A DNA stretch of 64,000 bases. Origin: Phenylobacterium sp. (GTDB taxonomy: Bacteria; Pseudomonadota; Alphaproteobacteria; Caulobacterales; Caulobacteraceae). The stretch is from the NCBI GenBank assembly GCA_003136395.1, contig PLEH01000283.1, positions 5,208 to 69,207 of the forward strand, in the 5' to 3' direction. Numbering within the stretch: position 1 is the first letter of the stretch; each line of letters begins with the position of its first letter. The notes below the pieces were generated by a model. That model was not told where the DNA came from. It saw only the letters and a list, made by a program, of their open reading frames with translations, and ran no database searches. Of the stretch, positions 39,691 through 50,095 are shown piece after piece. The translations under genes and the position numbers were made by a program.

Positions 39691-40842
39691 ATGATGCACA
39701 TCCCCCTCGACTACGAGACGCTGCGGGTCATCTGGTGGGGCCTGATGGGCGTGCTGCTGATCGGCTTTGCGCTCACCGACGGCTTCGACCTCGGCGTCGC
39801 CGCCCTGCTGCCCTTCGTCGCCCGCACGGACGGCGAACGGCGGATGGTGATCAACACCATCGGCGCGACCTGGGAAGGCAACCAGGTGTGGTTCATTCTT
39901 GGCGGCGGCGCGATCTTCGCCGCCTGGCCGTTCGTCTATGCGGTCAGCTTCTCCGGCTTCTACCTGGCGATGTTCGCGGTCCTCGCCTCGCTGATCCTGC
40001 GGCCTGTCGGCTTCAAGTATCGCTCCAAGCGGCCATCGAAGGCCTGGCGCACCACCTGGGACTGGGCGCTGTTCGCAGGCGGCTTCGTCCCGGCCCTGGT
40101 GTTCGGCGTGGCGGTCGGCAATGTCCTGCAAGGCATTCCCTTCCATCTCGATGACGATCTGCGCGCCACCTATACCGGGTCCTTCTTCGGCCTCTTCACC
40201 CCCTTCACCCTGGTCTGCGGCCTGCTCTCGGTCGCCATGCTGGTGACCCACGGCGCGGCCTGGCTGACCATCAAGGCCGAGCATGGCGCGGTGCGCGACC
40301 GGGCGCGCACCTTCGGCCAGATCGCGGCCTTGGCGGCCATCGTCCTGTTTGCGGCCGGTTACGCCTTCGTGGCCTTCGGCGGCCTGGGCTTCCGGATCGA
40401 CGGCGCCATCGATCCGGCCGGTCCCTCCAATCCGCTCCGCGCGGCGAGCCTCGCCGCGCCGGGCGGCTGGCTGACCAACTTCGCCACCTATCCGTGGATG
40501 TGGGTCGCGCCGGTCCTGGGCTTCGCCGGCGCGGCCGTCGCCCTGGTCGGCATCCGCGCCGGCAAGGAAGTGCCGGCCTTCGCCGGCTCGTCGCTCTCGG
40601 CGCTTGGCATCATCTCGACCGTCGGCCTGTCGATGTTCCCGTTCATCCTGCCCAGCAGCATCGATCCCAAGTCGAGCCTGACGGTCTGGAACGCGTCTTC
40701 CAGCCACATGACCCTCTTCATCATGCTCGTAGTCACCGTGGTTTTCCTGCCGATCGTGTTGGCCTACACCGCCTGGGCCTACAAGGTGATGTTCGGCCGC
40801 TCCTCGGTCGGCGCGCTCACCACCAACCCCGACCTCTACTAA
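39691..40842 (+). CDS. cydB: Cytochrome bd ubiquinol oxidase subunit II
   Basis: DGFDLGV, WEGNQVWF, LTVWNASSS. Confidence 0.95.
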   Translation: MMHIPLDYETLRVIWWGLMGVLLIGFALTDGFDLGVAALLPFVARTDGERRMVINTIGATWEGNQVWFILGGGAIFAAWPFVYAVSFSGFYLAMFAVLASLILRPVGFKYRSKRPSKAWRTTWDWALFAGGFVPALVFGVAVGNVLQGIPFHLDDDLRATYTGSFFGLFTPFTLVCGLLSVAMLVTHGAAWLTIKAEHGAVRDRARTFGQIAALAAIVLFAAGYAFVAFGGLGFRIDGAIDPAGPSNPLRAASLAAPGGWLTNFATYPWMWVAPVLGFAGAAVALVGIRAGKEVPAFAGSSLSALGIISTVGLSMFPFILPSSIDPKSSLTVWNASSSHMTLFIMLVVTVVFLPIVLAYTAWAYKVMFGRSSVGALTTNPDLY

Positions 40843-40854
40843 GGAGCGACACGC

Positions 40855-40974
40855 ATGTGGTACTTCACCTGGGTGCTGGGCTTGGGCCTTGCGGTCGCCT
40901 TCGGCATCCTCAACGGCATGTGGCACGAGTTCCATCTGGTCGATTCCGGCGATGACGGATCGGACGACGAATAG
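40855..40974 (+). CDS. cydX: Cytochrome bd subunit X (39 aa, absent from ORF track)
   Basis: Own translation MWYFTWVLGLGLAVAFGILNGMWHE..; AAGGAG RBS. Confidence 0.92.
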   Translation: MWYFTWVLGLGLAVAFGILNGMWHEFHLVDSGDDGSDDE

Positions 40975-41015
40975 CGCCCCTGCGCTTGTCGCAAGGTCTC
41001 GGCGAAGGGACAGAG

Positions 41016-41450
41016 ATGAGCTTCCATCGCATCCTCGTCGCCGTTGATAGCAGCCCGCTTTCAATCACTGCGGCCAGGACAGGCCTGGAGCTGGCGCGAG
41101 CGCTCGGCGCGGAGGCGGCGATCGTTCATGCGGTTGAGCCGCCCGTGGACCTTTCCGGTGAGATCGGAATTCCGGACGAGGTTCTCCTTGAAGTCGCGGG
41201 GCCAGAAACCGGGAAAATCATCGCCAGTCTCGAACGGAGCGCTGATCTCCCACCAAACACCTTACAGTTCATTCGGGTGGGTCATGCCCAGGAGGTCATC
41301 GGGCGCGTCGCGGCGGAATGGTCTGCCGACCTCATCGTGATCGGCAGCCATGGCCGCGGAGGGCTGGGACGGGTTCTGCTTGGCAGCGTCGCGGAAGCGG
41401 TCGTACGTCACGCGGCATGCCCCGTGCTCATCACCCGAAAGGTCGAATGA
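41016..41450 (+). CDS. Universal stress protein
   Basis: ILVAVDSS, ADLIVIGSHGRGG, LGSVAEAVVRHAACPVL. Confidence 0.92.
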   Translation: MSFHRILVAVDSSPLSITAARTGLELARALGAEAAIVHAVEPPVDLSGEIGIPDEVLLEVAGPETGKIIASLERSADLPPNTLQFIRVGHAQEVIGRVAAEWSADLIVIGSHGRGGLGRVLLGSVAEAVVRHAACPVLITRKVE

Positions 41451-43936
41451 CGCCGATACCGGCCGCCGCCAAGGAGCCGGTGGCCGCTTCGAGAAGCGCA
41501 TCTGCGATTCTGGCGGCTCTTGGCTCTGACCCCGGCGAGGGGTTGACGACGGCGGAGGCCGCCGCCCGGCTGGCCAGGGACGGCCCCAACGAGGTCGCGG
41601 AGCGAAAATCCCATCCCCTGATCGCCTTCGCGCGCAAGTTCTGGGGCTTGTCGGCCTGGATGATCGAGCTGATCGCGCTGATTTCGGGGTTCCTGCACAA
41701 GACCGCGGACCTCGGCGTCGCCCTGGGGCTGCTGGTCGTGAATGCGGTCCTGAGCTTCCTGCAGGAACAGCGTGCGTCGGCCGCCGTGACCGCCTTGCGA
41801 AGCCGGTTGCAGGTTACGGCGCGGGTGCTGCGCAACGGGGAATGGGCGGCGAGGCCAGCGCGCGACCTGGTCTGTGGGGACATCGTGCGCGTGCGATCCG
41901 GCGACTTCGTGCCGGCGGATCTTCAGCTTCTGGATGCGCGGCTCCGGGTGGACCAGTCGGCGCTGACCGGCGAGTCGCGGGAGGTCGAGAAGCAGGCCAC
42001 CGACGTCCTCCTTTCGGGCTCCATCGTCCGCGACGGCGAGGCCACAGCCGTTGTCACCGCCACGGGCGCTCGGACCCTCTACGGCCGGACGACCGAACTC
42101 GTCGAGAGCGCCCACCCCAAACTGCATGTGGAGGAGGTCGTCAGCCGCCTGGTGCGGTGGCTGCTGTTGATCGTCGGTGGCGCGGTCGCCGTCACCGTCG
42201 CTGTCTCGCTGATGCGGGGCGAACAGCTGCTCGAGATCCTGCCCCTCGCGCTGGTCCTTCTCATGAGCGCCATACCGGTGGCCCTGCCGGTGATGTTCAC
42301 GGTGAGCATGGCCTTCGGCTCGATGCAGCTCGCCCGCGTCGGCGTCCTGGTCACGCGCCTGAGCGCCGCCGAGGACGCCGCGACCATGGACGTGCTGTGC
42401 GCCGACAAAACCGGCACCCTGACCCTGAACCGCCTGAGCTTCGCCGGCGCCCGGCCGCAACCCGGGTTTTCGGTCGAGGACGTTGTGCGGTACGGAGCTT
42501 GGGCCTCCAACGCGGCGAACGCCGACCCCATAGACTTGGCCTTCATCGGTGCGGCCAAGGATCGGAAGCTGGTGATTGACCCGGCCAAGGTCCGGTCGTT
42601 CTCGCCGTTTTCCGCCAAGACCCGGCGGACCGAGGCGGTGATCGATGACAAGGGCCGGCAGGTGCGCGTGATCAAGGGCGCCCTGCGGACGGTCGCCAAG
42701 CTCGCGGGCCGCAAGCCGTCCGCCATCCAGGCCTTGGAGGCGGCGGCCGAAGCGGAAGCCCAGAAGGGGCGGCGCGCCCTGGCCATCGCGCGCGCGGACG
42801 CGGCGGGGAACCTGCGCCTGGTCGGACTGGCCTTCCTGTACGACGCGCCACGTCCCGACTCCCGGCAGCTCATCGATGAACTGCGCGCGCTGGGCGTGAC
42901 CGTGAAAATGTTGACCGGCGACGCCCTGCCCGTGGCGCGGGAGATCGCCACTGAACTCGGACTGGGCGCCATTGCGCGGGCTCCCGACCTGCGCGCCGCC
43001 CTGGGCGCGGGACCGGCCGGCGCGACCTCGATCGCGGCCGACCCCAGTGGGTTCGCCGAGGTGTTTCCCGAGGACAAGCACCTGATCGTCAAGAGCCTCC
43101 AGGATGAGGGACGCATCGTCGGCATGACCGGGGATGGGGTCAACGATGCGCCGGCGCTGCGGCAGGCGGAGGTGGGGATCGCGGTCAGCGGCGCGACCGA
43201 CGTGGCCAAGGGCGCCGCCAGCGTGGTGCTGACCACCGAGGGCCTCGGCGGAATCGTCGAGCTGGTGAAGAACGGCCGGGCGATCTACCAGCGTGTGCTC
43301 ACCTGGATCGTCAACAAGGTGAGTCGGACGATCCTCAAGGCGGGCTTCGTCGTGGTCGCCTACCTGGTCACCGGCCAGTTCGTCATCTCCGCCCTGGGGA
43401 TGGTGCTGATCGTGTTCATGACCGACTTCGTCAAGATCGCCCTCTCGACGGATCGAGTCCGACCCTCTCAGCAGCCGGAAACCTGGAACATCGGCCCCTT
43501 GGTCCGCGTCGCCGTGCTGATCGGCGGGCTGATGCTGGCCGAGGCGCTGGGACTGCTCGCGCTCGGCTGGCGGCTCTTCGATCTCGGCGCCAACGCCGGC
43601 CAGCTGCAGACCTTCACATTCCAGACGCTGCTGTTCTTCGCGTTATTCTCGATCGTGTCGATCCGCGAGCGGCGGGCCTTCTGGGCCTCCTGGCCGAGCA
43701 AGATCCTGGCCATCGCCTTGACCCTGGACGGCGCGGTCGGCTTGCTGATCGGCGTGACCGGCCTGGCGGAGCTGCGTCCGCTGCCGCTGGCGGCCACCGG
43801 TCTGATCGTCGCCTTCGCGCTGGTGTTCTCGCTGGGACTGAACGATCTGGCGAAGACCGCCATGATCGCGCGGGCTCTGCGCGCCGCGCCCTTGGCTCAG
43901 GCGCCCGCCAAACGTGGCGCCGGGCGCCGCCGCTGA
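41447..43936 (+). CDS. P-type ATPase, P3A plasma-membrane H+-pump-like
   Basis: DQSALTGES, IPVALP, DVLCADKTGTLTLN, MLTGD, GDGVNDAPAL; short fungal/plant PMA-like architecture. Confidence 0.82.
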   Translation: MTPIPAAAKEPVAASRSASAILAALGSDPGEGLTTAEAAARLARDGPNEVAERKSHPLIAFARKFWGLSAWMIELIALISGFLHKTADLGVALGLLVVNAVLSFLQEQRASAAVTALRSRLQVTARVLRNGEWAARPARDLVCGDIVRVRSGDFVPADLQLLDARLRVDQSALTGESREVEKQATDVLLSGSIVRDGEATAVVTATGARTLYGRTTELVESAHPKLHVEEVVSRLVRWLLLIVGGAVAVTVAVSLMRGEQLLEILPLALVLLMSAIPVALPVMFTVSMAFGSMQLARVGVLVTRLSAAEDAATMDVLCADKTGTLTLNRLSFAGARPQPGFSVEDVVRYGAWASNAANADPIDLAFIGAAKDRKLVIDPAKVRSFSPFSAKTRRTEAVIDDKGRQVRVIKGALRTVAKLAGRKPSAIQALEAAAEAEAQKGRRALAIARADAAGNLRLVGLAFLYDAPRPDSRQLIDELRALGVTVKMLTGDALPVAREIATELGLGAIARAPDLRAALGAGPAGATSIAADPSGFAEVFPEDKHLIVKSLQDEGRIVGMTGDGVNDAPALRQAEVGIAVSGATDVAKGAASVVLTTEGLGGIVELVKNGRAIYQRVLTWIVNKVSRTILKAGFVVVAYLVTGQFVISALGMVLIVFMTDFVKIALSTDRVRPSQQPETWNIGPLVRVAVLIGGLMLAEALGLLALGWRLFDLGANAGQLQTFTFQTLLFFALFSIVSIRERRAFWASWPSKILAIALTLDGAVGLLIGVTGLAELRPLPLAATGLIVAFALVFSLGLNDLAKTAMIARALRAAPLAQAPAKRGAGRRR

Positions 43937-43982
43937 TAGCATGGCCGGAATCGATCCGCCGCCACTTTGGAAGGTCTTGAAC

Positions 43983-44456
43983 ATGATGCGCCTGCTTGCC
44001 TTGGTCCTCGCGCTCAGCCTCGCGCCCGTCGTGGCCTTCGCCGCCCCGGCGGCGGACCCCATGACCGCACCGGTTCCACCGGGCTACTTCGCCTTCCAGG
44101 AGGTGGTCTACCAGAACGACGGCGGCGGGCCGGATGACCACGCCTATTTCGAGCGGCTGCTGCGACATGTCGCGGCGCACATCGAGGCGACCAACGGCCA
44201 GGTGGAGATCCGCGTCGTCAGCTTCGCGAGCGGCGTGAAGCTCTTCCAGATGGCCAAGACCGACGCCGCGCTCGCCGCCAGCCTCGACAAGCTGCGCGCC
44301 AAGGGTGTCCGGTTCATGCTCTGCCGCAACACCATGAAGGGCATGGGGCTGCGGCCGGAGGACCTCTACGGCGTCAAGGGCGAGGATGTGGTTCCCAGCG
44401 GGGTGGCCGAACTGGCCCGTCTGCAGGGGCTCGGCTACGTCTATATCCACCCCTGA
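43983..44456 (+). CDS. Exported DsrE/F-like protein
   Basis: Signal peptide MMRLLALVLALSLAPVVAFA; FMLCRNTM, VPSGVAELARLQ, GYVYIHP. Confidence 0.78.
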   Translation: MMRLLALVLALSLAPVVAFAAPAADPMTAPVPPGYFAFQEVVYQNDGGGPDDHAYFERLLRHVAAHIEATNGQVEIRVVSFASGVKLFQMAKTDAALAASLDKLRAKGVRFMLCRNTMKGMGLRPEDLYGVKGEDVVPSGVAELARLQGLGYVYIHP

Positions 44457-44462
44457 TCGGCG

Positions 44463-45410
44463 ATGACCAAGCCGCGGTTCGTCTTCGTCGCCATCGTCCT
44501 CTGCGCGATTGGGTTCGGCGCGGGGTTCGGCGTCCGCGCGCTCATGCAAGGGGCGGCGAAGCCTCGGCCGCTCGCGCCCCGGGCGTTTTCGCCGCCACCC
44601 GATACGGCGATCCCTGCGGGGCCCTTGGGTGAGGAGGTGGCCCTCGGCCGCCGGATCTTCACCGACACCGCCAAGGCCGCGCCGGGGTTCGTCGGCAACG
44701 ACCTCAAGTGCTCGAACTGCCATCTGGATGGCGGGCGGCGCGCCAACGCCGCGCCCCTATGGGCGGCCTACGGGCTCTACCCGCAGTACCGGACCAAGAA
44801 CGGCCACGTGAACACCTTCGCCGAGCGGGTGCAGGAGTGCTTCAAGTACAGCATGAACGGCAAGGCTCCGCCGGCGGGTGATCCGGTGCTGGTGGCGGTC
44901 GAAAGCTATGCCGCGTTCCTGGCCACCGGCGCGCCCCATGGCGCCAGGCTGCCCGGTCAGGGCTACCTGAAGCTGCCCAAGCCCGCCCTTCCGGCGGGCT
45001 ATGCGCGCGGTCAGGCGGTTTTCGCGGCGACCTGTGCGCGGTGCCACGGCGCCGACGGCGGCGGACAGCGCGCCGATGGCCAAGTGCTGTTTCCGCCGCT
45101 ATGGGGCGAGCGGTCGTACAACTGGGGCGCCGGCATGGCGGACATGCAGAACGCGGCCGGGTTCATCGCCGCGAACATGCCGCAGGATCATCCCGGAGCG
45201 CTCACCACCCAGCAGGCCTGGGACGTCGCGGCCTATATCGACGGAAAGCCTCGCCCGCAGGATCCGCGCTTCACCGGGTCGCTCGCCGAGACGCGGACGC
45301 GGTATCACGACACCCAGCAATCCGCCTACGGCAAGACCGTCGATGGCGTGCTGCTGGGTGGCGACAGGAGGGGAGGGCGGGCCTCGCGATCCGCCGCGTC
45401 CAAACTGTAG
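44463..45410 (+). CDS. tsdA: Diheme thiosulfate dehydrogenase TsdA-like cytochrome c
   Basis: CSNCH and CARCH; ERVQECFKYSMNG (catalytic Cys), PPLWGERSYNWGAGM, NMP. Confidence 0.8.
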   Translation: MTKPRFVFVAIVLCAIGFGAGFGVRALMQGAAKPRPLAPRAFSPPPDTAIPAGPLGEEVALGRRIFTDTAKAAPGFVGNDLKCSNCHLDGGRRANAAPLWAAYGLYPQYRTKNGHVNTFAERVQECFKYSMNGKAPPAGDPVLVAVESYAAFLATGAPHGARLPGQGYLKLPKPALPAGYARGQAVFAATCARCHGADGGGQRADGQVLFPPLWGERSYNWGAGMADMQNAAGFIAANMPQDHPGALTTQQAWDVAAYIDGKPRPQDPRFTGSLAETRTRYHDTQQSAYGKTVDGVLLGGDRRGGRASRSAASKL

Positions 45411-45426
45411 CGCGACCCGGTCGCGC

Positions 45427-45753
45427 CTACCTCGCGCGGTAGATGCCGCTGAGCGTCTCCAGCACCTGCACAGCAGCGGGATCGTCCAGGCGATAGTAGA
45501 TGGTCTGGCCTTCGCGGCGGGTGGCGACCACGCCCTCGGCGCGCATCTTGGCCAGATGCTGCGAGGCGGCCGACTGGGCCAGCTTGGCGTGGTCGGCGAG
45601 GTCTCCGACCGAGGTTTCGCCCTCAACCAGGCGGCACAGCAGCAGCAGTCTCTGTTCGCTCGCCAGGAGCTTGAGAAGGCGCGCTGCGGGACTAACGCAG
45701 CCTGCCAGGTCGGAGACGTCCTCGGTGACGACTTGGCTTGAGGTGGCGGTCAT
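45427..45753 (-). CDS. ArsR/SmtB regulator, BigR/SqrR-like, lacking the C-terminal Cys
   Basis: LKLLASEQRLLLLCRLVEGE, SQHLAKMR, TRREGQTIYY; ends GIYRAR. Confidence 0.85.
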   Translation of the reverse strand: MTATSSQVVTEDVSDLAGCVSPAARLLKLLASEQRLLLLCRLVEGETSVGDLADHAKLAQSAASQHLAKMRAEGVVATRREGQTIYYRLDDPAAVQVLETLSGIYRAR

Positions 45754-45819
45754 CTGCTTAATGTAGAAGATACGCATGCAAGATCAAGAACGGGCGCCGT
45801 CGCACGCGCGAGGCAGTGG

Positions 45820-48800
45820 TCATGCCGGCTTCCTTGGCAGCGGCACGCCATCATCGCGCAGGACCACATAGATCGCCGGGATCACCAGCACGGTGAGCAG
45901 GGTCGACGAGGCCAGTCCGAACAGCAGCGAGATCGCCAGGCCCTGGAAGATCGGGTCGGTCAGGATCACGGCCGCCCCGATCATGGCCGCCGCCGCCGTC
46001 AAGACGATCGGTTTGAAGCGGATCGCGCCGGCCTCCAGCAGGACTTCCCGCAATGAGCGCCCGGCGGTCTGGCTGTGACGGATGAAGTCCACGAGCAGGA
46101 TCGAGTTTCGGACGATAATGCCGGCGAGCGCGATGAAGCCGATCATCGAGGTGGCGGTGAACGGCGCCCGGAACAGGATGTGCCCGATGACGATGCCGAC
46201 CAGGGTCAGCGGAATCGGGGTCAGGATCACCAGCGGCAGGCGGAAGCTTTTGAACTGGGCGACGACCAGGACGTAGATGCCCAGGATGGCGACGCCGAAG
46301 GCGGCGCCCATATCGCGGAAGGTCACCCAGGTGATCTCCCATTCGCCGTCCCACAGCACGGTCGGCCGGCTCTCGTCGGTCGGCTGGCCGTGCATGCGGA
46401 TGTCAGGTTTGGGGACATCCTTCCAGTCGCCCTGACGGATGGCCTTGTCGACCGCCATCATGCCGTAGATCGGGGCTTCATAGGCGCCGGCGAGCTCGCC
46501 CATGATCATGTCCACGTCACGGCCGTCGCGGCGGAAGATATGGGTCGAGCCGGGCTCGTTCGAGGCCGTGGCGACCTCGCCCAGCGACACCAGCCGCCCC
46601 CCGGCCGGGCCTTGTGAGACCGCCACCGGCATAGCGGCCAGGCCCTCGCCCCAGCTGCGGGCCGATTGCGGCAGGCGCACGGAAATCTCCAGCGGATCGC
46701 GGCCCTCGCCGCGATGGGCGTAGCCGACCACCTGCCCACCCAAGGCCGCGGCGATCGAGTCATAGACGTCGCGGTCGCTGACCTTCAGCGCCTCCAGCCG
46801 GTCGCGGTCGGGAACCAGGCGTAGGCCGGGGCGGGGCTGGCCGTAGCTGTCGTCGATGTCGACGATGTAGGGCACCGAATGGAACGTGGCCTTGACCCGC
46901 TCGGCCACGGCCCGGCGGGTCTTGGCGTCAGGCCCGTAGACCTCCGCCAGCAGGGTCGCCATCACCGGCGGCCCGGGCGGCGCCTCGACCACCTTGATCG
47001 CCGCGCCGGCGGGCAGGGCGATCTTGGCGAGCTTCTGGCGCAGGTCGAGCGCGATGGCGTGGCTCGAGCGATGACGCTTGCCCTTGTCGGCCAGGGCGAC
47101 GGAGAGGTCGCCCATCTCCGGCCTGTTGCGCAGGTAGTAGTGGCGCACCAGGCCATTGAAGTTGAACGGCGAGGCCGTGCCGGCATAGGCGTCGATGGCG
47201 ACGACTTCCGGCAGGCCGCGGGTGACGATCGCCGCGTCGGCCAGGGCGCGCTGCGTGGCTTCCAGCGACGTGCCTTCCGGCATGTCGAGCACCACCTGCA
47301 GCTCCGACTTGTTGTCGAAGGGCAGCAGCTTCACGGTCACGGTCTTGGTGGCGAACATGGCGCAGGCCACGATGGTGGCGAGGCCAACCCCGATCAGGAA
47401 GGTCCAGGCGGACTTGCGCGTCCCGATCACCCGGGTGGCGACCTTGCGGTAGAGCGCGCCGAGCTTCCCTTCGTCGTGATGCCCGCCGCCCGCCGTCAGG
47501 GTCTTGCGGGCGAAGCGGACCATCAGCCAGGGCGCGATGACCACGGCCACGAAGAAGGAGAAGACCATCGCCGCCGAGGCGTTGACCGGGATCGGGGCCA
47601 TGTAGGGGCCCATGAGGCCGGAGACGAACAGCATCGGCAGCAGGGCCGTAACCACGGTCAGGGTGGCGACCACAGTCGGATTGCCAACCTCGGCCACGGC
47701 GTCGATGGCGGCGTCGACTCGGCTTCGACCGTCGGCCATGCCCCAATGCCGGGCGATGTTCTCGATCATAACGATGGCGTCGTCGACCAGGATGCCGATC
47801 GAGAAGATCAGGGCGAACAAGCTGACCCGATTGATCGTGTAGCCCAGGAGATTGGAGGCGAAGAGGGTCAGGAGAATGGTCGTCGGGATAACCACCGCGG
47901 TGACGCCCGCCTCGCGCCAGCCGATGGCGAAGCCGATCAGGACGACGATGGAGAGTGTCGCCAGCCCGAGGTGGAACAGAAGCTCGTTGGCCTTCTCGTT
48001 GGCGGTCGCGCCATAGTCGCGTGTCACCACCACGCTCAAACTGTCCGGCAACAGGGAGCCCTTTAGCGCCTCAACCCGCGCCAGCACGGCCTGAGATACG
48101 ACCACGGCGTTGGCGCCCTTGCGCTTGGCGATCGCCAGGCTGACGGCCGGCGCCTCGCTCCAGCCCTGGCCGGCGCGCGCGTAGCGCCAGGCCCGGGCCT
48201 GGTCCTCGCGCGGGCCCTCGATCACTTGAGCGACGTCGCGGACATAGACGCTCTCGCCCTTGGTGGAGGGTAGGGCGAGCAGGCCGATCTGGGTGGCGTT
48301 GGCCAGCGTCCGCCCGGCGGTGACATCGACGGCCTGGCCGCCGTTGCGCACCTGGCCCGCCGGGAACGCGCGATTGGCCTGGCGGATGGTGTCCATCAGG
48401 GCGCCGAGCGACACGCCGTGCTGCGCCAGCCGCGCGGGATCGGGCTCGACGCGGATCTCCTGGGGCCGGCCGCCGACGATGAAGGTCAGGCCGACATTGT
48501 CGACCTTGGCGACCTCGGTCCGGAGCTTGCCCGCCAGCTCGAAGAGCGCCTGGTCCGTCCACTGGCCCGTCGCGCCCGGCTTGGGCGACAGGGTCAGGAC
48601 AAGGCTGGGCACATCGTTGATGCCGCGCGTCTGGATCAGCGGCTCGGCGATCCCCGCCGGGATCCGGTCATAGTTGGCGCGGATCTTCTCATGGATGCGC
48701 ACGGCCGCGGCGTCCGGATCGGTCCCGACGTTGAAGCGGGCGGTGACCATGACCTGGTTGTCGTCGGCGAAGGTATAGACGTGCTCGACGCCGGCCACGC

Positions 48801-49032
48801 TCTTGACGATCGTCTCCAGCGGCTTGCCGACCAGTTCGACCGCGTCCGGCGCCCGCAGGCCAGGCGCGCCGACCATGATGTCGACCATGGGCACGCTGAT
48901 CTGCGGTTCCTCCTCGCGCGGGATCGAGACCAGCGCCAGCAGGCCCACGGCGATGGCCGCCAGCAGGAAGAGCGGCGTCAGCGGCGAGCGGATGGTCGCC
49001 CTGGTCAGCCGGCCGGAGAGACCGAGGTTCAT
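45820..49032 (-). CDS. RND efflux permease
   Basis: PREEEPQI, GILVDDAIV, GIIVRNSILL, RFKPIVLT. Confidence 0.92.
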   Translation of the reverse strand: MNLGLSGRLTRATIRSPLTPLFLLAAIAVGLLALVSIPREEEPQISVPMVDIMVGAPGLRAPDAVELVGKPLETIVKSVAGVEHVYTFADDNQVMVTARFNVGTDPDAAAVRIHEKIRANYDRIPAGIAEPLIQTRGINDVPSLVLTLSPKPGATGQWTDQALFELAGKLRTEVAKVDNVGLTFIVGGRPQEIRVEPDPARLAQHGVSLGALMDTIRQANRAFPAGQVRNGGQAVDVTAGRTLANATQIGLLALPSTKGESVYVRDVAQVIEGPREDQARAWRYARAGQGWSEAPAVSLAIAKRKGANAVVVSQAVLARVEALKGSLLPDSLSVVVTRDYGATANEKANELLFHLGLATLSIVVLIGFAIGWREAGVTAVVIPTTILLTLFASNLLGYTINRVSLFALIFSIGILVDDAIVMIENIARHWGMADGRSRVDAAIDAVAEVGNPTVVATLTVVTALLPMLFVSGLMGPYMAPIPVNASAAMVFSFFVAVVIAPWLMVRFARKTLTAGGGHHDEGKLGALYRKVATRVIGTRKSAWTFLIGVGLATIVACAMFATKTVTVKLLPFDNKSELQVVLDMPEGTSLEATQRALADAAIVTRGLPEVVAIDAYAGTASPFNFNGLVRHYYLRNRPEMGDLSVALADKGKRHRSSHAIALDLRQKLAKIALPAGAAIKVVEAPPGPPVMATLLAEVYGPDAKTRRAVAERVKATFHSVPYIVDIDDSYGQPRPGLRLVPDRDRLEALKVSDRDVYDSIAAALGGQVVGYAHRGEGRDPLEISVRLPQSARSWGEGLAAMPVAVSQGPAGGRLVSLGEVATASNEPGSTHIFRRDGRDVDMIMGELAGAYEAPIYGMMAVDKAIRQGDWKDVPKPDIRMHGQPTDESRPTVLWDGEWEITWVTFRDMGAAFGVAILGIYVLVVAQFKSFRLPLVILTPIPLTLVGIVIGHILFRAPFTATSMIGFIALAGIIVRNSILLVDFIRHSQTAGRSLREVLLEAGAIRFKPIVLTAAAAMIGAAVILTDPIFQGLAISLLFGLASSTLLTVLVIPAIYVVLRDDGVPLPRKPA

Positions 49033-50060
49033 TTCGCGGCCCCGGCCGGGGTCAGGACGTCGCCGGCCCGAAGTCCGGACAGGACCTCGACCGTGTTGGC
49101 GGACGGGCCGGCCGTGGTCTGGATGGGCGTCTCGGAAACCGTGTTGTCGGTGCGGACCAGGCGGACGTAGTCGATCCCAAAACGGGTGACGACATAGGTG
49201 CGGGGCACGACCAGCGCCTGGCGCTCGCCGACCTTGATCTGGGCGCGGACGCGCTGGCCGATCAGGTCCTGCGGCAGGCCCGCCGCGCTGACATCGGCGG
49301 TGACCTGGCCGCCGGTGACCGACGGATAGACCTGGGTGATCGTGCCTCGCGTGGCGACGCCGCGCAGGTCCTCGGCCGCCAGCTGGACGACATCGCCGAC
49401 CTTCAGGGCGCGGGCCTGGCCTTCGGGCAGTTCGATGCGCACCACCATCGGCCCGGCGGTGATCTTGGCGACCGTCTGGCCGGGCATGACGACGGAGCCG
49501 ATCGGGACGTCGGCGACCAGCACTCGGCCGGCGGCCGGCGCCAGGATCGCGCCCTGGGCGCCGAGTTCGGCGCTGGCGCCGCGCTGGGCGCGGGCCGCGG
49601 CAAGGTTGGCGTTGGCCGCCTTCGTCTGCGCCTCGACCTGGTCGAGCCGGGCCTGGGCGTAGACGCCGTGGGAGAAGAGATCGCGGGTGCGGGCGAGGTC
49701 AGCCTGGGCGCGGGCGGCTTCGGCCGCGGCGGCTGTGACCTGGGCGTCGAAAGCGCCGGTCTGCAGGGCGAGGCGGTCGTCTTTCACCCGGCCAATCACC
49801 TGGCCCTGGCGGACCGTGTCGCCTTCCTTGACACTCAAACTGACAAGCACGCCGGAGATCCGCGCGCGGGCCTCGGCCATGTCGCGAGTCGTGAGCGTCG
49901 CCGGGACCGGTTTCAGGTCGGCGACGGTCTGGGCCTGGACGGTCAGGCGGCCCGGGGCCGGCGCGGTCTGCGCGGCGGGGACGATGGGCTTGGAGTCCCC
50001 GCAGGCGCCCAGCAGCAAGGCCGCCCCTAAGGCGCTGATCAGATACGGCCGTGACGCCAT
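49029..50060 (-). CDS. RND periplasmic adaptor (lipoprotein)
   Basis: Lipobox LLGAC; VKEGDTVRQGQ lipoyl-like motif; APAAGRV. Confidence 0.88.
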   Translation of the reverse strand: MASRPYLISALGAALLLGACGDSKPIVPAAQTAPAPGRLTVQAQTVADLKPVPATLTTRDMAEARARISGVLVSLSVKEGDTVRQGQVIGRVKDDRLALQTGAFDAQVTAAAAEAARAQADLARTRDLFSHGVYAQARLDQVEAQTKAANANLAAARAQRGASAELGAQGAILAPAAGRVLVADVPIGSVVMPGQTVAKITAGPMVVRIELPEGQARALKVGDVVQLAAEDLRGVATRGTITQVYPSVTGGQVTADVSAAGLPQDLIGQRVRAQIKVGERQALVVPRTYVVTRFGIDYVRLVRTDNTVSETPIQTTAGPSANTVEVLSGLRAGDVLTPAGAAK

Positions 50061-50095
50061 GGTTCGCCCTCCCGAGCTGGTCTTGTGACTGACGG

